The position numbers were made by a program, and so were the translations under genes. Under the pieces are notes generated by a model. The model was given only the letters and a program-made list of their open reading frames with translations. It was not told where the DNA came from and did not search any database. From contig NC_017039.1 of assembly GCF_000284455.1 (NCBI RefSeq), forward strand, positions 2,070,001 to 2,102,000: a DNA stretch of 32,000 nucleotides, read 5' to 3'. Below, piece after piece: positions 15,957 through 26,580 of the stretch (the first letter of the stretch is position 1; the number at the start of each line of letters is the position of its first letter). This DNA is from Synechocystis sp. PCC 6803 substr. PCC-P (GTDB lineage: Bacteria; Cyanobacteriota; Cyanobacteriia; Cyanobacteriales; Microcystaceae).

Positions 15957-16319
15957 CTAAAAAGTACCCAGGGGAAAACCGGAACCTGTTTGTTTGGGTT
16001 CCCCCGAAGAACTGCGTTGCCAATCATTTTCTTCTTTGATCTGGCTACTACGGTCATTGATACTGAGGGGAGGGGTATTGGTAGTGTTAATTTCCAATAG
16101 GGTTTGGGAATTAGTCCCCATATTTTGTTGGGGGAACCAATCTTCCACTTGACGTTCCTGGAGGCCATCGAGGTCGTTGATATTGCCCGTGGCCGGTAAG
16201 TCTTCTGGGAAAGGTTCCACTGGGTTATAGGATTGGGCTGTAACGGTAGTAGGGGTCCCGAGCACAAAAGCGGTGCCGGCAAGCAGAACTAATTTCCATG
16301 GGGAATAATGGTATTTCAT
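15957..16319 (-). CDS. Small secreted/periplasmic hypothetical protein (track ORF extends to 16463)
   Basis: Internal ATG gives 'MKYHYSPWKLVLLAGTAFVLGTPTTVTAQS|YNPVEPFPEDL...', a good signal peptide, with a terminator downstream. Confidence 0.6.
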   Translation of the reverse strand: MKYHYSPWKLVLLAGTAFVLGTPTTVTAQSYNPVEPFPEDLPATGNINDLDGLQERQVEDWFPQQNMGTNSQTLLEINTTNTPPLSINDRSSQIKEENDWQRSSSGEPKQTGSGFPLGTF

Positions 16320-16506
16320 TGGTTTGGCCTCTGGTCTGGCAATGGTTGCTAGGCGATCGCCTGTTGAAATTAACAAACTGTCGCCCTTCCACTGACCATG
16401 GTAACGATGTTTTTTACTTCCTTGACTAACCGAGGAAAATTTGGCGGGGGGCAGAAATGCCAATACAATTTAGCTTGGTCTTCCCTGCCCCTAATTTGTC
16501 CCCTCC

Positions 16507-17850
16507 ATGGCCTTGCTTTCCCTCAACAATCATCAATCCCATCAACGCTTAACTGTTAATCCCCCTGCCCAAGGGGTCGCTTTGACTGGCCGCCTAAGGG
16601 TGCCGGGGGATAAATCCATTTCCCATCGGGCCTTGATGTTGGGGGCGATCGCCACCGGGGAAACCATTATCGAAGGGCTACTGTTGGGGGAAGATCCCCG
16701 TAGTACGGCCCATTGCTTTCGGGCCATGGGAGCAGAAATCAGCGAACTAAATTCAGAAAAAATCATCGTTCAGGGTCGGGGTCTGGGACAGTTGCAGGAA
16801 CCCAGTACCGTTTTGGATGCGGGGAACTCTGGCACCACCATGCGCTTAATGTTGGGCTTGCTAGCCGGGCAAAAAGATTGTTTATTCACCGTCACCGGCG
16901 ATGATTCCCTCCGTCACCGCCCCATGTCCCGGGTAATTCAACCCTTGCAACAAATGGGGGCAAAAATTTGGGCCCGGAGTAACGGCAAGTTTGCGCCGCT
17001 GGCAGTCCAGGGTAGCCAATTAAAACCGATCCATTACCATTCCCCCATTGCTTCAGCCCAGGTAAAGTCCTGCCTGTTGCTAGCGGGGTTAACCACCGAG
17101 GGGGACACCACGGTTACAGAACCAGCTCTATCCCGGGATCATAGCGAACGCATGTTGCAGGCCTTTGGAGCCAAATTAACCATTGATCCAGTAACCCATA
17201 GCGTCACTGTCCATGGCCCGGCCCATTTAACGGGGCAACGGGTGGTGGTGCCAGGGGACATCAGCTCGGCGGCCTTTTGGTTAGTGGCGGCATCCATTTT
17301 GCCTGGATCAGAATTGTTGGTGGAAAATGTAGGCATTAACCCCACCAGGACAGGGGTGTTGGAAGTGTTGGCCCAGATGGGGGCGGACATTACCCCGGAG
17401 AATGAACGATTGGTAACGGGGGAACCGGTAGCAGATCTGCGGGTTAGGGCAAGCCATCTCCAGGGTTGCACCTTCGGCGGCGAAATTATTCCCCGACTGA
17501 TTGATGAAATTCCCATTTTGGCAGTGGCGGCGGCCTTTGCAGAGGGCACTACCCGCATTGAAGATGCCGCAGAACTGAGGGTTAAAGAAAGCGATCGCCT
17601 GGCGGCCATTGCTTCGGAGTTGGGCAAAATGGGGGCCAAAGTCACCGAATTTGATGATGGCCTGGAAATTCAAGGGGGAAGCCCGTTACAAGGGGCCGAG
17701 GTGGATAGCTTGACGGATCATCGCATTGCCATGGCGTTGGCGATCGCCGCTTTAGGTAGTGGGGGGCAAACAATTATTAACCGGGCGGAAGCGGCCGCCA
17801 TTTCCTATCCAGAATTTTTTGGCACGCTAGGGCAAGTTGCCCAAGGATAA
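16507..17850 (+). CDS. aroA: 3-phosphoshikimate 1-carboxyvinyltransferase (EPSP synthase)
   Basis: 447-aa ORF with '[26 protein letters not shown]', '[19 protein letters not shown]', '[13 protein letters not shown]' and '[20 protein letters not shown]'. Confidence 0.97.
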   Translation: MALLSLNNHQSHQRLTVNPPAQGVALTGRLRVPGDKSISHRALMLGAIATGETIIEGLLLGEDPRSTAHCFRAMGAEISELNSEKIIVQGRGLGQLQEPSTVLDAGNSGTTMRLMLGLLAGQKDCLFTVTGDDSLRHRPMSRVIQPLQQMGAKIWARSNGKFAPLAVQGSQLKPIHYHSPIASAQVKSCLLLAGLTTEGDTTVTEPALSRDHSERMLQAFGAKLTIDPVTHSVTVHGPAHLTGQRVVVPGDISSAAFWLVAASILPGSELLVENVGINPTRTGVLEVLAQMGADITPENERLVTGEPVADLRVRASHLQGCTFGGEIIPRLIDEIPILAVAAAFAEGTTRIEDAAELRVKESDRLAAIASELGKMGAKVTEFDDGLEIQGGSPLQGAEVDSLTDHRIAMALAIAALGSGGQTIINRAEAAAISYPEFFGTLGQVAQG

Positions 17851-17852
17851 AG

Positions 17853-19457
17853 TTAGAAAAACTCCTGGGCGGTTTGTAAATGTTTTACCAAGGTAGTTTG
17901 GGGTAAAGGCCCCAGCAAGTGCTGCCAGGGTAATTTATCCGCAATTGACCAATCGGCATGGACCGTATCGTTCAAACTGGGTAATTCTCCCTTTAATTCC
18001 TTAAAAGCTCGCTTAAAACTGCCCAACGTATCTCCGTAATGGCGAGTGAGTAGAAGTAATGGGGCCAAACGGCGATCGCCACGGGAAATTAAAGCCTGCA
18101 TCACTGACCAGTTATAACTTTCGGGACGAAAATCAACACCCAGGGGCCGCAGTTTTTTTTGCAAAAATTGTAGACGCTGTTTGGCTTCCGGATTGACCCC
18201 ATACCATTGGAACGGGGTGTGGGCCTTGGGGACAAAGGTGCTACAGCCAAAGGTGAGACGTAAACCGGGGGCGACTTTTTTGACCTGTTTTAATAAATCT
18301 ACCGTTGCTTCCACATCTGACCTTGTTTCCCCTGGCACGCCGACCATGCCATAAAGCTTCAATCCCTGTAATCCCCCCGCCTGGGCCTGTTGGGCAGCGG
18401 TGAGAATTTCCTCGTTAGTCAGTTTTTTATTGATAATTTGCCGGAGTTTTTCCGAACCGCTTTCAATGGCAATGGTGAGGGATTTAGTGCCCCGTTTAGC
18501 TAAGGTTTGGGCCAATTTTTCGTCCACTGTGTTGGTACGCACTGAAGCAATGCTGAGCCGCACATGGTCAAATTCTGGTTTTCCCAGGTAATCCAACAAC
18601 TCGTTAAATTCCGGATGTTGGGTTACGGAAGCTCCTAACAATCCCAGGCGATCGCTCACTTGCAATCCCCGTTCAATGGCGGGCAGTAGGGATTTTTCCG
18701 TATCCGCTGGCCGAAAAGGTAACGTCAGGTAACTAGCTAGGCAAAATCGACACATTTCCGGGCAACTGCGTACCACTTCCACCATGAAAATATTTTCCCA
18801 TGCGGCCTTTTCCGTCACTACTGTGGAGGCAGACAGAACATTACCCCGGTAGGTTTGCTTACTAACTTGGGCGGGAATGGCGGTGGTACTGGGTTGGATG
18901 TGACTAATTTTGCCCTCAGCGGCTTCGTAACTTATTTCGTACAAACTAGGCACATAAATGCCGGGAATTTGGGCTAGTTTTTCTAGTTTTTCATTCCTAG
19001 AACAAGACCGCACGCTTTGGTAACCATCAATAAATTCCGGCAGTAGATTTTCCCCGTCCCCCAACAAAATTAGGTCAAAAAAGTCTGCAAAAGGTTCTGG
19101 ATTAGCGGTCAGCACCGGGCCGCCACCGAATATTAAAGGATCTTCAGCAGCCCGCTCTTTCGCCAGCAGGGGAATTTGTAATTGCTCCAACAGGGTCAAA
19201 ATATTGCTGTAGTCCAACTCCCAGGAAAAGGAAAAGCCTACCAATTCTGGCGATCGGGGTAACGTTTCTTGGGCGTCGGTGAAAAGACGACTAACCTGCA
19301 CATCGGAGCGTTGGGCTAAGGTTGACCAAATTACTTGATACCCCAAACTGGTAATGCCCACACTGTAGATGTTGGGAAAGGCAAAAATTAACGGCACCGC
19401 ATCGGCTTGGGGAGACGCAGGGGTAAACAGCAGCCTTTCGGCCTGGGCTTGGTGCAT
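17853..19457 (-). CDS. Radical SAM protein with N-terminal B12-binding-like domain
   Basis: 534-aa ORF with 'CPEMCRFC' (CxxxCxxC Fe-S motif) and N-terminal 'FAFPNIYSVGITSLGYQVIWSTLAQR...LVGFSFSWELDYSNILTLL...IFGGGPVLTANPEPFADFFD'. Confidence 0.9.
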   Translation of the reverse strand: MHQAQAERLLFTPASPQADAVPLIFAFPNIYSVGITSLGYQVIWSTLAQRSDVQVSRLFTDAQETLPRSPELVGFSFSWELDYSNILTLLEQLQIPLLAKERAAEDPLIFGGGPVLTANPEPFADFFDLILLGDGENLLPEFIDGYQSVRSCSRNEKLEKLAQIPGIYVPSLYEISYEAAEGKISHIQPSTTAIPAQVSKQTYRGNVLSASTVVTEKAAWENIFMVEVVRSCPEMCRFCLASYLTLPFRPADTEKSLLPAIERGLQVSDRLGLLGASVTQHPEFNELLDYLGKPEFDHVRLSIASVRTNTVDEKLAQTLAKRGTKSLTIAIESGSEKLRQIINKKLTNEEILTAAQQAQAGGLQGLKLYGMVGVPGETRSDVEATVDLLKQVKKVAPGLRLTFGCSTFVPKAHTPFQWYGVNPEAKQRLQFLQKKLRPLGVDFRPESYNWSVMQALISRGDRRLAPLLLLTRHYGDTLGSFKRAFKELKGELPSLNDTVHADWSIADKLPWQHLLGPLPQTTLVKHLQTAQEFF

Positions 19458-19537
19458 AAAGTCAGAATACTTAGTTAAATCAATGGCAGATCAAACGGAT
19501 CAACAATAAAACAACGGCGATCGCCAGGGAGTTGGGG

Positions 19538-20032
19538 TTAATGGTAAATTTCCAAATGCAACACATAATGACCCAAACATTCCTGGGCTGCCCAGAGTTC
19601 ATATTCCACCCGCAAAAATTCCGGCAAGGGAGACCCCTGCAAGGTAATGTCCCTGGTGTAATTCCGTAACTGGAAGGAGTCGCTCAGATGTCTTTCCTGT
19701 TCATTGAGCCAATAGCGGCTAATGCCATAAACTCCCTGTTCCCAAAAATGACGGTAGGAAAATTGACTATTACCCTGGCGAGTCAGCACAATGCGTCGGG
19801 GAGACAGTTCTAACCACAATAGTTGAGAGGAGGGTAATACCTGTTGATCGCCGTTGGGAACTTGCTCCTGTTCTTGGTGGAGTAGGAGGTGAAAGCGATG
19901 CAAATCCTTTTGGTAGAGGGTAGCGGCGGTCTCCAGGGTGGAAAGAATGGGCAAATCGGTGGAAATGAGCGATAGGCAAACCGGACGACGGTGGTGGGTC
20001 AACATAAAAACTTGACGGGTGAGGAAAAGCAA
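19538..20032 (-). CDS. Conserved hypothetical protein
   Basis: 164-aa ORF 'MLFLTRQVFMLTHHRRPVCLSLISTDLPILSTLETAATLYQKDLHRFHLLLHQEQEQ...QGSPLPEFLRVEYELWAAQECLGHYVLHLEIYH'. True start may be the internal MLTHH. Confidence 0.65.
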   Translation of the reverse strand: MLFLTRQVFMLTHHRRPVCLSLISTDLPILSTLETAATLYQKDLHRFHLLLHQEQEQVPNGDQQVLPSSQLLWLELSPRRIVLTRQGNSQFSYRHFWEQGVYGISRYWLNEQERHLSDSFQLRNYTRDITLQGSPLPEFLRVEYELWAAQECLGHYVLHLEIYH

Positions 20033-20226
20033 ATCAGCCTATCTATCCAGGGGATGACAAACAGGATTCTGTTTCAGCATAACGGTCAACATTGGCCCCC
20101 TGCCATAGGGCCCTGGGAGCAAATTGGCCCCAAGCTGGGAACCGGCCTAAGAATTTAGTAATTTTTTTAGCAAGGGGCTTGTGTAAAAGATCTTTTAGTT
20201 GCTATGATGTTGAATCGTTGAGTCAA

Positions 20227-20298
20227 TCCTCGGTAGCTCAGTGGTAGAGCGGTCGGCTGTTAACCGATTGGTCGTAGGTTCGAATCCTACCCGGGGAG
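20227..20298 (+). tRNA. trnN: tRNA-Asn (anticodon GTT)
   Basis: TCCTCGGTAGCTCAGTGGTAGAGCGGTCGGCTGTTAACCGATTGGTCGTAGGTTCGAATCCTACCCGGGGAG folds as a complete cloverleaf with anticodon GTT. Confidence 0.97.
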
Positions 20299-20396
20299 TT
20301 CTAAAACTCGGATGTTTTTTACGGTTAGAAACCAGGGGAATCTGTTTATTTTCCCCGTGTTTTTGTCTGTATTTTTTTAACTGTTTTTTGCAGTTT

Positions 20397-21335
20397 TTAT
20401 ATTGAGGCGTTGCCGTAGTGGTCGCCATCGGTTAATTCCAGCGTGTCTCCGATCGCCGTACCGGTGTGATAGGCCGCCAATAGGACAGGGCAGGTTTTTC
20501 CCCAGGCAATATGGCCTTGATGATCCAAGGCGATCGCCCCCAGGTCAGTGTTATTTTCCAAAGCTTCCGTGATGGATTTTGCCATGGCTTGAGCTAAATT
20601 TTGGCCATCCTTAACCCGGATTACCACCTTGGCGGCCAAACATTCATTGATAATGTCTTCCCCTACTCCAGTGCAACTAACCCCAGCAAAACGGGTGGCA
20701 TAGTTCCCCGCCGGCATAGCAGAATCACTCACCCGACCAATGCGCTCTAGCCCTTTGCCCCCAGTGGAAGTACCGGCCGCAATTTTGCCGTTAGCATCCA
20801 ACGCCACTACGCCGATGGTGCCTTTTCTGGCTTCAATGCCCACGGTGGGATCAGCAATTAGCCGAGCCATTTTTTTGCGCACATCTTCTCCCCGTTCCTC
20901 CATCCATTCCTGAATGCGAAAATCCGTGGCGGGATCGTAAATGGGCAGTTGCATTTCCCTGGCTAAATCCGCCGCCCCATAATCGGACAAAATCCGGTCT
21001 GTTTGCCCCTGCAAAAATTGGGCCATCTGGATCGGATTTTTAATGCGGGAAACGTTAATTACCCCACTAAAATTCTGGCGATCGCCGTCCATCAAAGAAG
21101 CACTCATGCGAACTTGTCCATCCGACTGGAGCACCGAACCAGTACCAGCGTTAAAACGAGGCTCATTTTCCAATAATTCACAACCTTGTACCACCGCATC
21201 CATGGCACTGCCCCCCGCTGTTAGGGTTTCATACACTGCGGCCACAATTTGATGTAGGGATTGGCGCACAGTGGCCAAGCCCCCCTTATCGTCGAGGGAA
21301 CTCGCACCACCATGGATGATTAATTTGGGGGTCAT
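20397..21335 (-). CDS. Isoaspartyl peptidase / plant-type L-asparaginase (Ntn hydrolase)
   Basis: 312-aa ORF with 'LIIHGGASSL', 'NAGTGSVLQSDGQVRMSASLMDG', autoprocessing site 'GTIGVVALDANGKIAAGTSTGGKGLERIGRVSDSAMPAGNYA' and 'GVSCTGVGEDII'. Confidence 0.95.
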   Translation of the reverse strand: MTPKLIIHGGASSLDDKGGLATVRQSLHQIVAAVYETLTAGGSAMDAVVQGCELLENEPRFNAGTGSVLQSDGQVRMSASLMDGDRQNFSGVINVSRIKNPIQMAQFLQGQTDRILSDYGAADLAREMQLPIYDPATDFRIQEWMEERGEDVRKKMARLIADPTVGIEARKGTIGVVALDANGKIAAGTSTGGKGLERIGRVSDSAMPAGNYATRFAGVSCTGVGEDIINECLAAKVVIRVKDGQNLAQAMAKSITEALENNTDLGAIALDHQGHIAWGKTCPVLLAAYHTGTAIGDTLELTDGDHYGNASI

Positions 21336-21455
21336 AGAATTTTAGGTAAAGGCTTGGGTGAAGGATAGATCAGCACCAACGGATCGTAGATGGGAAAGGA
21401 AACCGTTAGTGATTATGGGTCGAAGTCAGAAGGGAAGGCAGATCCAAACTTTTAA

Positions 21456-22751
21456 CTAAATATCCAAACGGCTGTAAATTTCCGCCAGGTTAGTCAAATG
21501 TTGTTGGGGGTCAAAGCACTGGTCAATTTCTTCGGCAGAAAGTAGGGCCGTTACCTGGGCATCAGCTCGGACTAGCTCTTCAAAATTGCCCCCTTCCGTG
21601 TTCCAGGCTTGGTGGGCGGAACCCTGCACCACTCGGTAGGCATCTTCTCGATTCATGCCTTTTTCCACTAGGGCAAGCAGAACTTTTTGGCTGAAAATTA
21701 CCCCGCCGTAAACGTTCATATTGCGTTTCATATTTTCGGGATAGACCAACAGATTTTTCACCAAATCCGTGGTTTCCTTCAACATAAAATGGGTGAGAAT
21801 ACAGCAGTCGGGAAAAGCAACCCGCTCCACAGAACTGTGGGAAATATCCCGTTCATGCCAGAGAGCTACATTTTCCAACGCCGCCACTGCATGACCCCGA
21901 ACCAGCCGGGCCATTCCCGTTAATCGTTCTGAGCGGATGGGGTTACGTTTATGGGGCATAGCGGAAGAACCCTTTTGGCCCTTGGAAAAATATTCCTCCA
22001 CTTCCAAAACATCGGTGCGTTGCAGGTTGCGAATTTCCACTGCAAACCGTTCCAAAGAGGCGGCCAGCAAAGCCAACTGTTGCACGTATTCCGCATGGCG
22101 ATCTCGGGAAATGACCTGGGTGGAAGCCGTATCTGGTTCTAAGCCTAATTTCTGACAGGCGATCGCCTCCACTTTGGGGTCAATGTTGGCATAGGTGCCC
22201 ACGGCGCCGGAAATTTTACCCACGGCAATGGATTGGGCTACCCGCACCAGGCGATCGCGGTTTCTCAATACTTCCGCTAACCAACCAGCGAGTTTAAATC
22301 CGAATGTGATGGGTTCGGCATGGATACCATGGGAACGGCCCACCATGACGGTGTAACGATGCTGCTGAGCTTGGTAACGGATGGCCTGAATTAGTTTTTC
22401 CAACTGCTCCAAAATCAGGTCTAGGCTCGCCACCAATTGCAACGCCAGAGCGGTGTCCAGTACGTCGGAGCTTGTTAGTCCCAGGTGAATATAACGCCCC
22501 GCATCCCCCACATATTCATTAACGTTGGTTAAAAAGGCGATGACATCGTGACGCACTTCCGCCTCAATTTCCAGCACTCGTTGGGGATCGAACTTAGCTT
22601 TGGCCTTGATTTCGTCCACCGCTGCCTGGGGAATATAACCCAACTCCGCCTGGGCTTCACAAACGGCGATTTCCACGTCTAGCCAGGTTTGTAGCTTGTA
22701 GGTATCCGTCCAAATTTTGCCCATTTCAGGCAGGGTATAACGTTCGATCAC
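21456..22751 (-). CDS. purB: Adenylosuccinate lyase
   Basis: 431-aa ORF with 'MIERYTLPEMGKIW', 'GRYIHLGLTSSDVLDTALALQL' and 'KGSSAMPHKRNPIRSERLTGMARL'. Confidence 0.98.
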   Translation of the reverse strand: MIERYTLPEMGKIWTDTYKLQTWLDVEIAVCEAQAELGYIPQAAVDEIKAKAKFDPQRVLEIEAEVRHDVIAFLTNVNEYVGDAGRYIHLGLTSSDVLDTALALQLVASLDLILEQLEKLIQAIRYQAQQHRYTVMVGRSHGIHAEPITFGFKLAGWLAEVLRNRDRLVRVAQSIAVGKISGAVGTYANIDPKVEAIACQKLGLEPDTASTQVISRDRHAEYVQQLALLAASLERFAVEIRNLQRTDVLEVEEYFSKGQKGSSAMPHKRNPIRSERLTGMARLVRGHAVAALENVALWHERDISHSSVERVAFPDCCILTHFMLKETTDLVKNLLVYPENMKRNMNVYGGVIFSQKVLLALVEKGMNREDAYRVVQGSAHQAWNTEGGNFEELVRADAQVTALLSAEEIDQCFDPQQHLTNLAEIYSRLDI

Positions 22752-22905
22752 AGGGCCAGTTCTCCAAATAACCGCTTAATTTTACTATTTGGCGGCAACC
22801 ATCGTCAGATACTGGCATTCCAACTGCCAAGGCAATGGCGTTTTCCAGGTTTTTTGTAATATGGAAGATATTGCATTTATGCCACCCAGAGCAGGGTCTG
22901 TCCCC

Positions 22906-23493
22906 ATGACCATCACCAGTTCTGCGCCGATCCCTACCCAAGACCAAACCCTTGTGCTGCCCGGTCACCACAGTTGGGAGGCTTTTAAAGCCATTCAAGC
23001 GGTCATGGAACAACAGCCAGGGCTACGCATTACCTATCTAGATGGAGTAATTGAGTTCATGACCCTGGGGGAGTACCACGAATCAATTAGAAGTATGATT
23101 GCCATTTTGTTGGGTATCTACTTTTGGCAACGGGAAATTGAATTTATTCCGGTGGGCAGTGCCACCCGGGAATCGAAGGGAGAATCTGTTTCCTTTGAAC
23201 CCGATGAATCTTACTATCTTGGTGAGAAAAAGGCCCATCCCGACTTGGCCATTGAAGTCAATATCAGCAGTGGCAGTGCCAAAAAACTGGAAAAATATCA
23301 ACGACTTGGCATTGGTGAAGTCTGGATGTGGCAAGACAAAAAGTTTTCTATCTACTTTTTAAATGGCGATCATTACCAAATCATTTCCAAAAGCCAACTG
23401 CTTCCAGATTTGGATATTGCCCTGTTGGAAGAGTGCGTACTGATGTCTTCTGCTTTAGAAGCGATGCAAAGGTTTACCAGTCAACAAAAATAG
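22906..23493 (+). CDS. Uma2 family (DUF820) restriction-endonuclease-fold protein (track ORF starts 22789)
   Basis: 'YLDGVIEFMTLGEYHESIRSMIAILLGIY...ESVSFEPDESYYLGEKKAHPDLAIEVNISSGSAKKLEKYQRLGIGEVWMWQ' is the Uma2 pattern with PD...(D/E)xK-like residues. Confidence 0.88.
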   Translation: MTITSSAPIPTQDQTLVLPGHHSWEAFKAIQAVMEQQPGLRITYLDGVIEFMTLGEYHESIRSMIAILLGIYFWQREIEFIPVGSATRESKGESVSFEPDESYYLGEKKAHPDLAIEVNISSGSAKKLEKYQRLGIGEVWMWQDKKFSIYFLNGDHYQIISKSQLLPDLDIALLEECVLMSSALEAMQRFTSQQK

Positions 23494-23549
23494 GCGGCGA
23501 TCGCCTGATTTTAATGTGATCTAAACCTAATCTTTTGGGCAGATTCTCT

Positions 23550-23867
23550 TCACTCTAGAGGGCCGTTCACCAAGCCATTGAAGCCATAGATTTCCCGACT
23601 GCCAGCATAGGCCACTAAGTTAACGTTTTTTTCGTCCCCTGGCTCAAAGCGCACCGCCGTTCCCGCTGGAATATCCAACCGCATCCCCTTGGCCAAATCC
23701 CGGTCGAATTGCAGAGCGGCATTGACTTCGTAGAAATGGTAATGGGAACCCACTTGAATAGGGCGATCGCCAGTGTTGGCCACATTAATAGTGCAGGTGG
23801 AGCGGCCTACGTTTAGTTCTATGTCACCTTCGGGGGTAATGATTTCGCCAGGAATCATAGTTGCCAT
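23550..23867 (-). CDS. ureB: Urease beta subunit (track ORF extends to 23915; the 23867 start gives the family-typical N-terminus)
   Basis: '[99 protein letters not shown]'. Confidence 0.97.
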
Positions 23868-23902
23868 ATGGTTAGTTGAGCTATGGGTATTAGTCGATTG
23901 GC

Positions 23903-24400
23903 TTAGGGCTGCCAAGCAAAAAACAAGATACCCCCCAACAGTAACCCCAAAAATAGATCCGTGGCCATGGCGTAGTTTTCTTTCGCATTGCGTTCGGGTT
24001 GCAAAATATGGTTAATGCCCGCCAAAAGATAAAAAATTCCCCCGGCCAGAGCGGCCCCCAGCACCCACGCGTTGACGAAGATACTCCCCAAAGCCACACT
24101 GGCGATCGCCAAATTGCCGATGCCCAACTCTTTGACCAAAATCAGAGAGTCTTGACTTTGAACACCTAGAATTTTCTCGGCAGTGAAACTTGGTTTAGTG
24201 ATTTGCACCACCCCAGCTAAAAATAGCCTCACCCCCACCCCCCAAAACACAAACCAGCGGGCCAGCACATCCACCAAAGCTTGGCTATTGCCGGAAGTGG
24301 TCCACTCCAAAGCAATAGAAAGTAGGGGAAAAACTAAAATTACCAGAGTTACAAGCAGAAAGTACATAATAGTTCTGGGAAATGCAGTCAAAAACCTCAA
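23903..24400 (-). CDS. Conserved membrane protein of unknown function
   Basis: 165-aa ORF with about four hydrophobic helices: '[23 protein letters not shown]', '[25 protein letters not shown]', '[34 protein letters not shown]'. Confidence 0.75.
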
Positions 24401-24444
24401 ATATTCAGCTAAATTAAGAAATTAGCGAGTTCTTACGTGGCAAT

Positions 24445-25401
24445 TTAAGCTTGAGTGGCGTTTTTTCGCACTGCTTTGAACATACCGAAGCGACAAAGTC
24501 CTACCCCAAAGGCAAGGCGCATCAATAAAATAGTCGGTACTTCCCGCACGGATTTGATAAACCCACGAATGCCGTATTGTAACCAGCCCTGGGGCCGGAT
24601 AATGCCCTGCCAAATGGTATCCAACCAAGCGGGGAGGGTCGGTACAGTCCAATCAGCAGTAGTCACCTGGCCCTCCACCAAACCCGTGGCTTCCAAATTT
24701 TCCGCAAAACCTTCAATGCTGGCAAAGGCAGGGTGGGACCATTGATCCAACAGTTGTCGCATCACTGGTTTTTCCCAGAAGTTGAGGGGCACTTGGCGAT
24801 CGTCCCGTTGATTCCAATCCGCCACCACCAGAATGCCCCCTGGTTTCACGACCCGCAGTAATTCCTTGGCAAACACAGCTTTGTCAGGCATGTGGGGCCC
24901 TGCTTCCACCGACCAAACTACGTCGAAACTACCGTCAGGAAAAGACAAAGCCATAGCATCGTCCACCGCAAACTTGGCCGTCACATCGGGAGGAGTTAAT
25001 TCCGTCGCCCGTTTCACCTGTTGGGGACTAATGGTGATGCCGGTAACGTTAAAACCATAATCTTTGGCGAGAATGCGACTGCTACCGCCAATGCCGCAAC
25101 CCACATCCAATACCGTTGTGCCGGGGGGAAGTGTATCTAATCCGCCCCACTGGGCCATGGCATGGACAAAATCAATTTTCGATTGGATGAAATCCTTGGC
25201 CACTGGCGGATCGCCATAATGGCCGAGGTGGATATGGTCGCCCCAGTAATATTCCAAAATGCCGTCCTCTGTCCATTGGTCGTAGGCGTTGGCCACGGAA
25301 TCCGATGACTGATAGCCCCGGGCAGTTAGGAGATACAGTCCAGCGGCGATCGCCAGGGAGAGGGAAATTAGGCCAGCGGGCAGAAGCAAATACTCGGGCA
25401 T
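24445..25401 (-). CDS. 2-methyl-6-phytyl-1,4-benzoquinol (MPBQ) methyltransferase, SAM-dependent
   Basis: 318-aa ORF: 'TTVLDVGCGIGGSSRILAKDYGFNVTGITISPQQVKRATELT', 'YYWGDHIHLGHYG', N-terminal membrane anchor. Recognised as the Synechocystis tocopherol/plastoquinone-pathway methyltransferase. Confidence 0.88.
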   Translation of the reverse strand: MPEYLLLPAGLISLSLAIAAGLYLLTARGYQSSDSVANAYDQWTEDGILEYYWGDHIHLGHYGDPPVAKDFIQSKIDFVHAMAQWGGLDTLPPGTTVLDVGCGIGGSSRILAKDYGFNVTGITISPQQVKRATELTPPDVTAKFAVDDAMALSFPDGSFDVVWSVEAGPHMPDKAVFAKELLRVVKPGGILVVADWNQRDDRQVPLNFWEKPVMRQLLDQWSHPAFASIEGFAENLEATGLVEGQVTTADWTVPTLPAWLDTIWQGIIRPQGWLQYGIRGFIKSVREVPTILLMRLAFGVGLCRFGMFKAVRKNATQA

Positions 25402-25469
25402 GGAATAGTTAAAACAGCAGGGAAAATTAAGTATTAATCTTGTTTAGGGTAACAAAGTTGGGCAGGGCC

Positions 25470-26429
25470 ATGAATCGCTTCCAATCTATCCTTGGTCAAG
25501 ACCAAGCCATTGCTCTACTCCAACAGGCGATCGCCCAGAAACGCATTGCTCCGGCCTATTTGCTAGTGGGGCCAGAGGGGGTGGGCAAAAGTTTAGCCGC
25601 CAAGGCCTTTGGGGAAACCTTGCTAATGGGCTTGGGTACTAAAAGCGATCGCCAGGAACGTTTTTTTGCCGGGAATCATCCCGATTTATTGAAAATAGAA
25701 CCCACTTTTCAACACCAGGGCAAACTGCTAACCGCCAGCGAAGCAGACCAGGCTGGACTTAAACGACGGGCGGCTCCATTAATCCGAGTGGAACAGGTGC
25801 GGGAAATCAACCGTTTCCTCAGTCGTCCCCCGTTGGAAGCAGACAGGGCTGTGATTCTGATCGAGGAAGCCCAAGCTATGAATGAAGGGGCCGCCAATGC
25901 CTTGCTCAAAACCTTGGAAGAACCAGGAAGGGCTACTTTAATCCTTTTGGCCCCCAGCGTTGATGTCCTGTTGCCCACCATTGTTTCCCGCTGTCAACGC
26001 ATCCCCTTTTATCGTTTAGGGGAAGGTGATATGACCAAAATTTTGCAGAGATTGGGCCGTCAGGAAATCCTCCACCACCCCGAACTGTTGGCGATCGCCC
26101 AGGGGAGTCCCGGTCTGTTATTTCAAGCTTGGGAGCAAATGCAGAGCATTCCGGCGGAACTGCGGCAAAAGTTAATGCAACCACCAACTAGTCCTCTAGC
26201 AGCCTTTGATTTGGCCAAGATGGTGGATGGCAACTTGGATAACAGTGCCCAACTCTGGTTAGTGGACTATCTCCAGTATCACTATTGGCATGGCCACCAC
26301 CAACGGCCATGGTTAGAAATTCTGGAAAAAGCCCGTAAATACCTGGCCGCCTACGTTCAACCTCGGCTAGTGTGGGAAACGACTTTCCTCGCCCTTTATC
26401 GTTTAGAAAACTCTGGCGATCGCCGATAA
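25470..26429 (+). CDS. holB: DNA polymerase III delta' subunit (AAA+ clamp loader); track ORF starts 25440
   Basis: 'MNRFQSILGQDQAIALLQQAIAQKRIAPAYLLVGPEGVGKSLAAKAFGETLL...VILIEEAQAMNEGAANALLKTLEEPGRATLILLAPSVDVLLPTIVSRCQRIPF'. Confidence 0.93.
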   Translation: MNRFQSILGQDQAIALLQQAIAQKRIAPAYLLVGPEGVGKSLAAKAFGETLLMGLGTKSDRQERFFAGNHPDLLKIEPTFQHQGKLLTASEADQAGLKRRAAPLIRVEQVREINRFLSRPPLEADRAVILIEEAQAMNEGAANALLKTLEEPGRATLILLAPSVDVLLPTIVSRCQRIPFYRLGEGDMTKILQRLGRQEILHHPELLAIAQGSPGLLFQAWEQMQSIPAELRQKLMQPPTSPLAAFDLAKMVDGNLDNSAQLWLVDYLQYHYWHGHHQRPWLEILEKARKYLAAYVQPRLVWETTFLALYRLENSGDRR

Positions 26430-26537
26430 TTCCCCAATAACTAGCCCCAAGATTGTTCTTGCTGAACGGTTCCAATGCTAAGCCTCCCTGACAATGGGGA
26501 CAAAACAGGCGCAAAAGGGGCTTAGTCGGACAAAACG

Positions 26538-26580
26538 GTATCCTATGCTACATAATTTTTTCTTAACCTACTCGTAGTAT
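26538..26580 (+). promoter_or_regulatory. Canonical NtcA-activated promoter of urtA
   Basis: GTA-TCCTATGC-TAC (26538-26551), 23-nt spacer, then TAGTAT (26575-26580, TAN3T). Confidence 0.88.

Noticed and set aside
20195-20428. 77-aa minus-strand ORF containing 'RTPRVGFEPTTNRLTADRSTTELPR'
   Set aside because: This is antisense translation of the tRNA-Asn gene at 20227..20298. The 'GFEPTTNRLTADRSTTELP' string is a well-known spurious tRNA-derived peptide.
26188-26514. 108-aa minus-strand ORF with 'CPHCQGGLAL' at the holB 3' end
   Set aside because: It overlaps the holB CDS for most of its length. The CxxC-like N-terminus is weak evidence, and I cannot support it as a gene without homologs.
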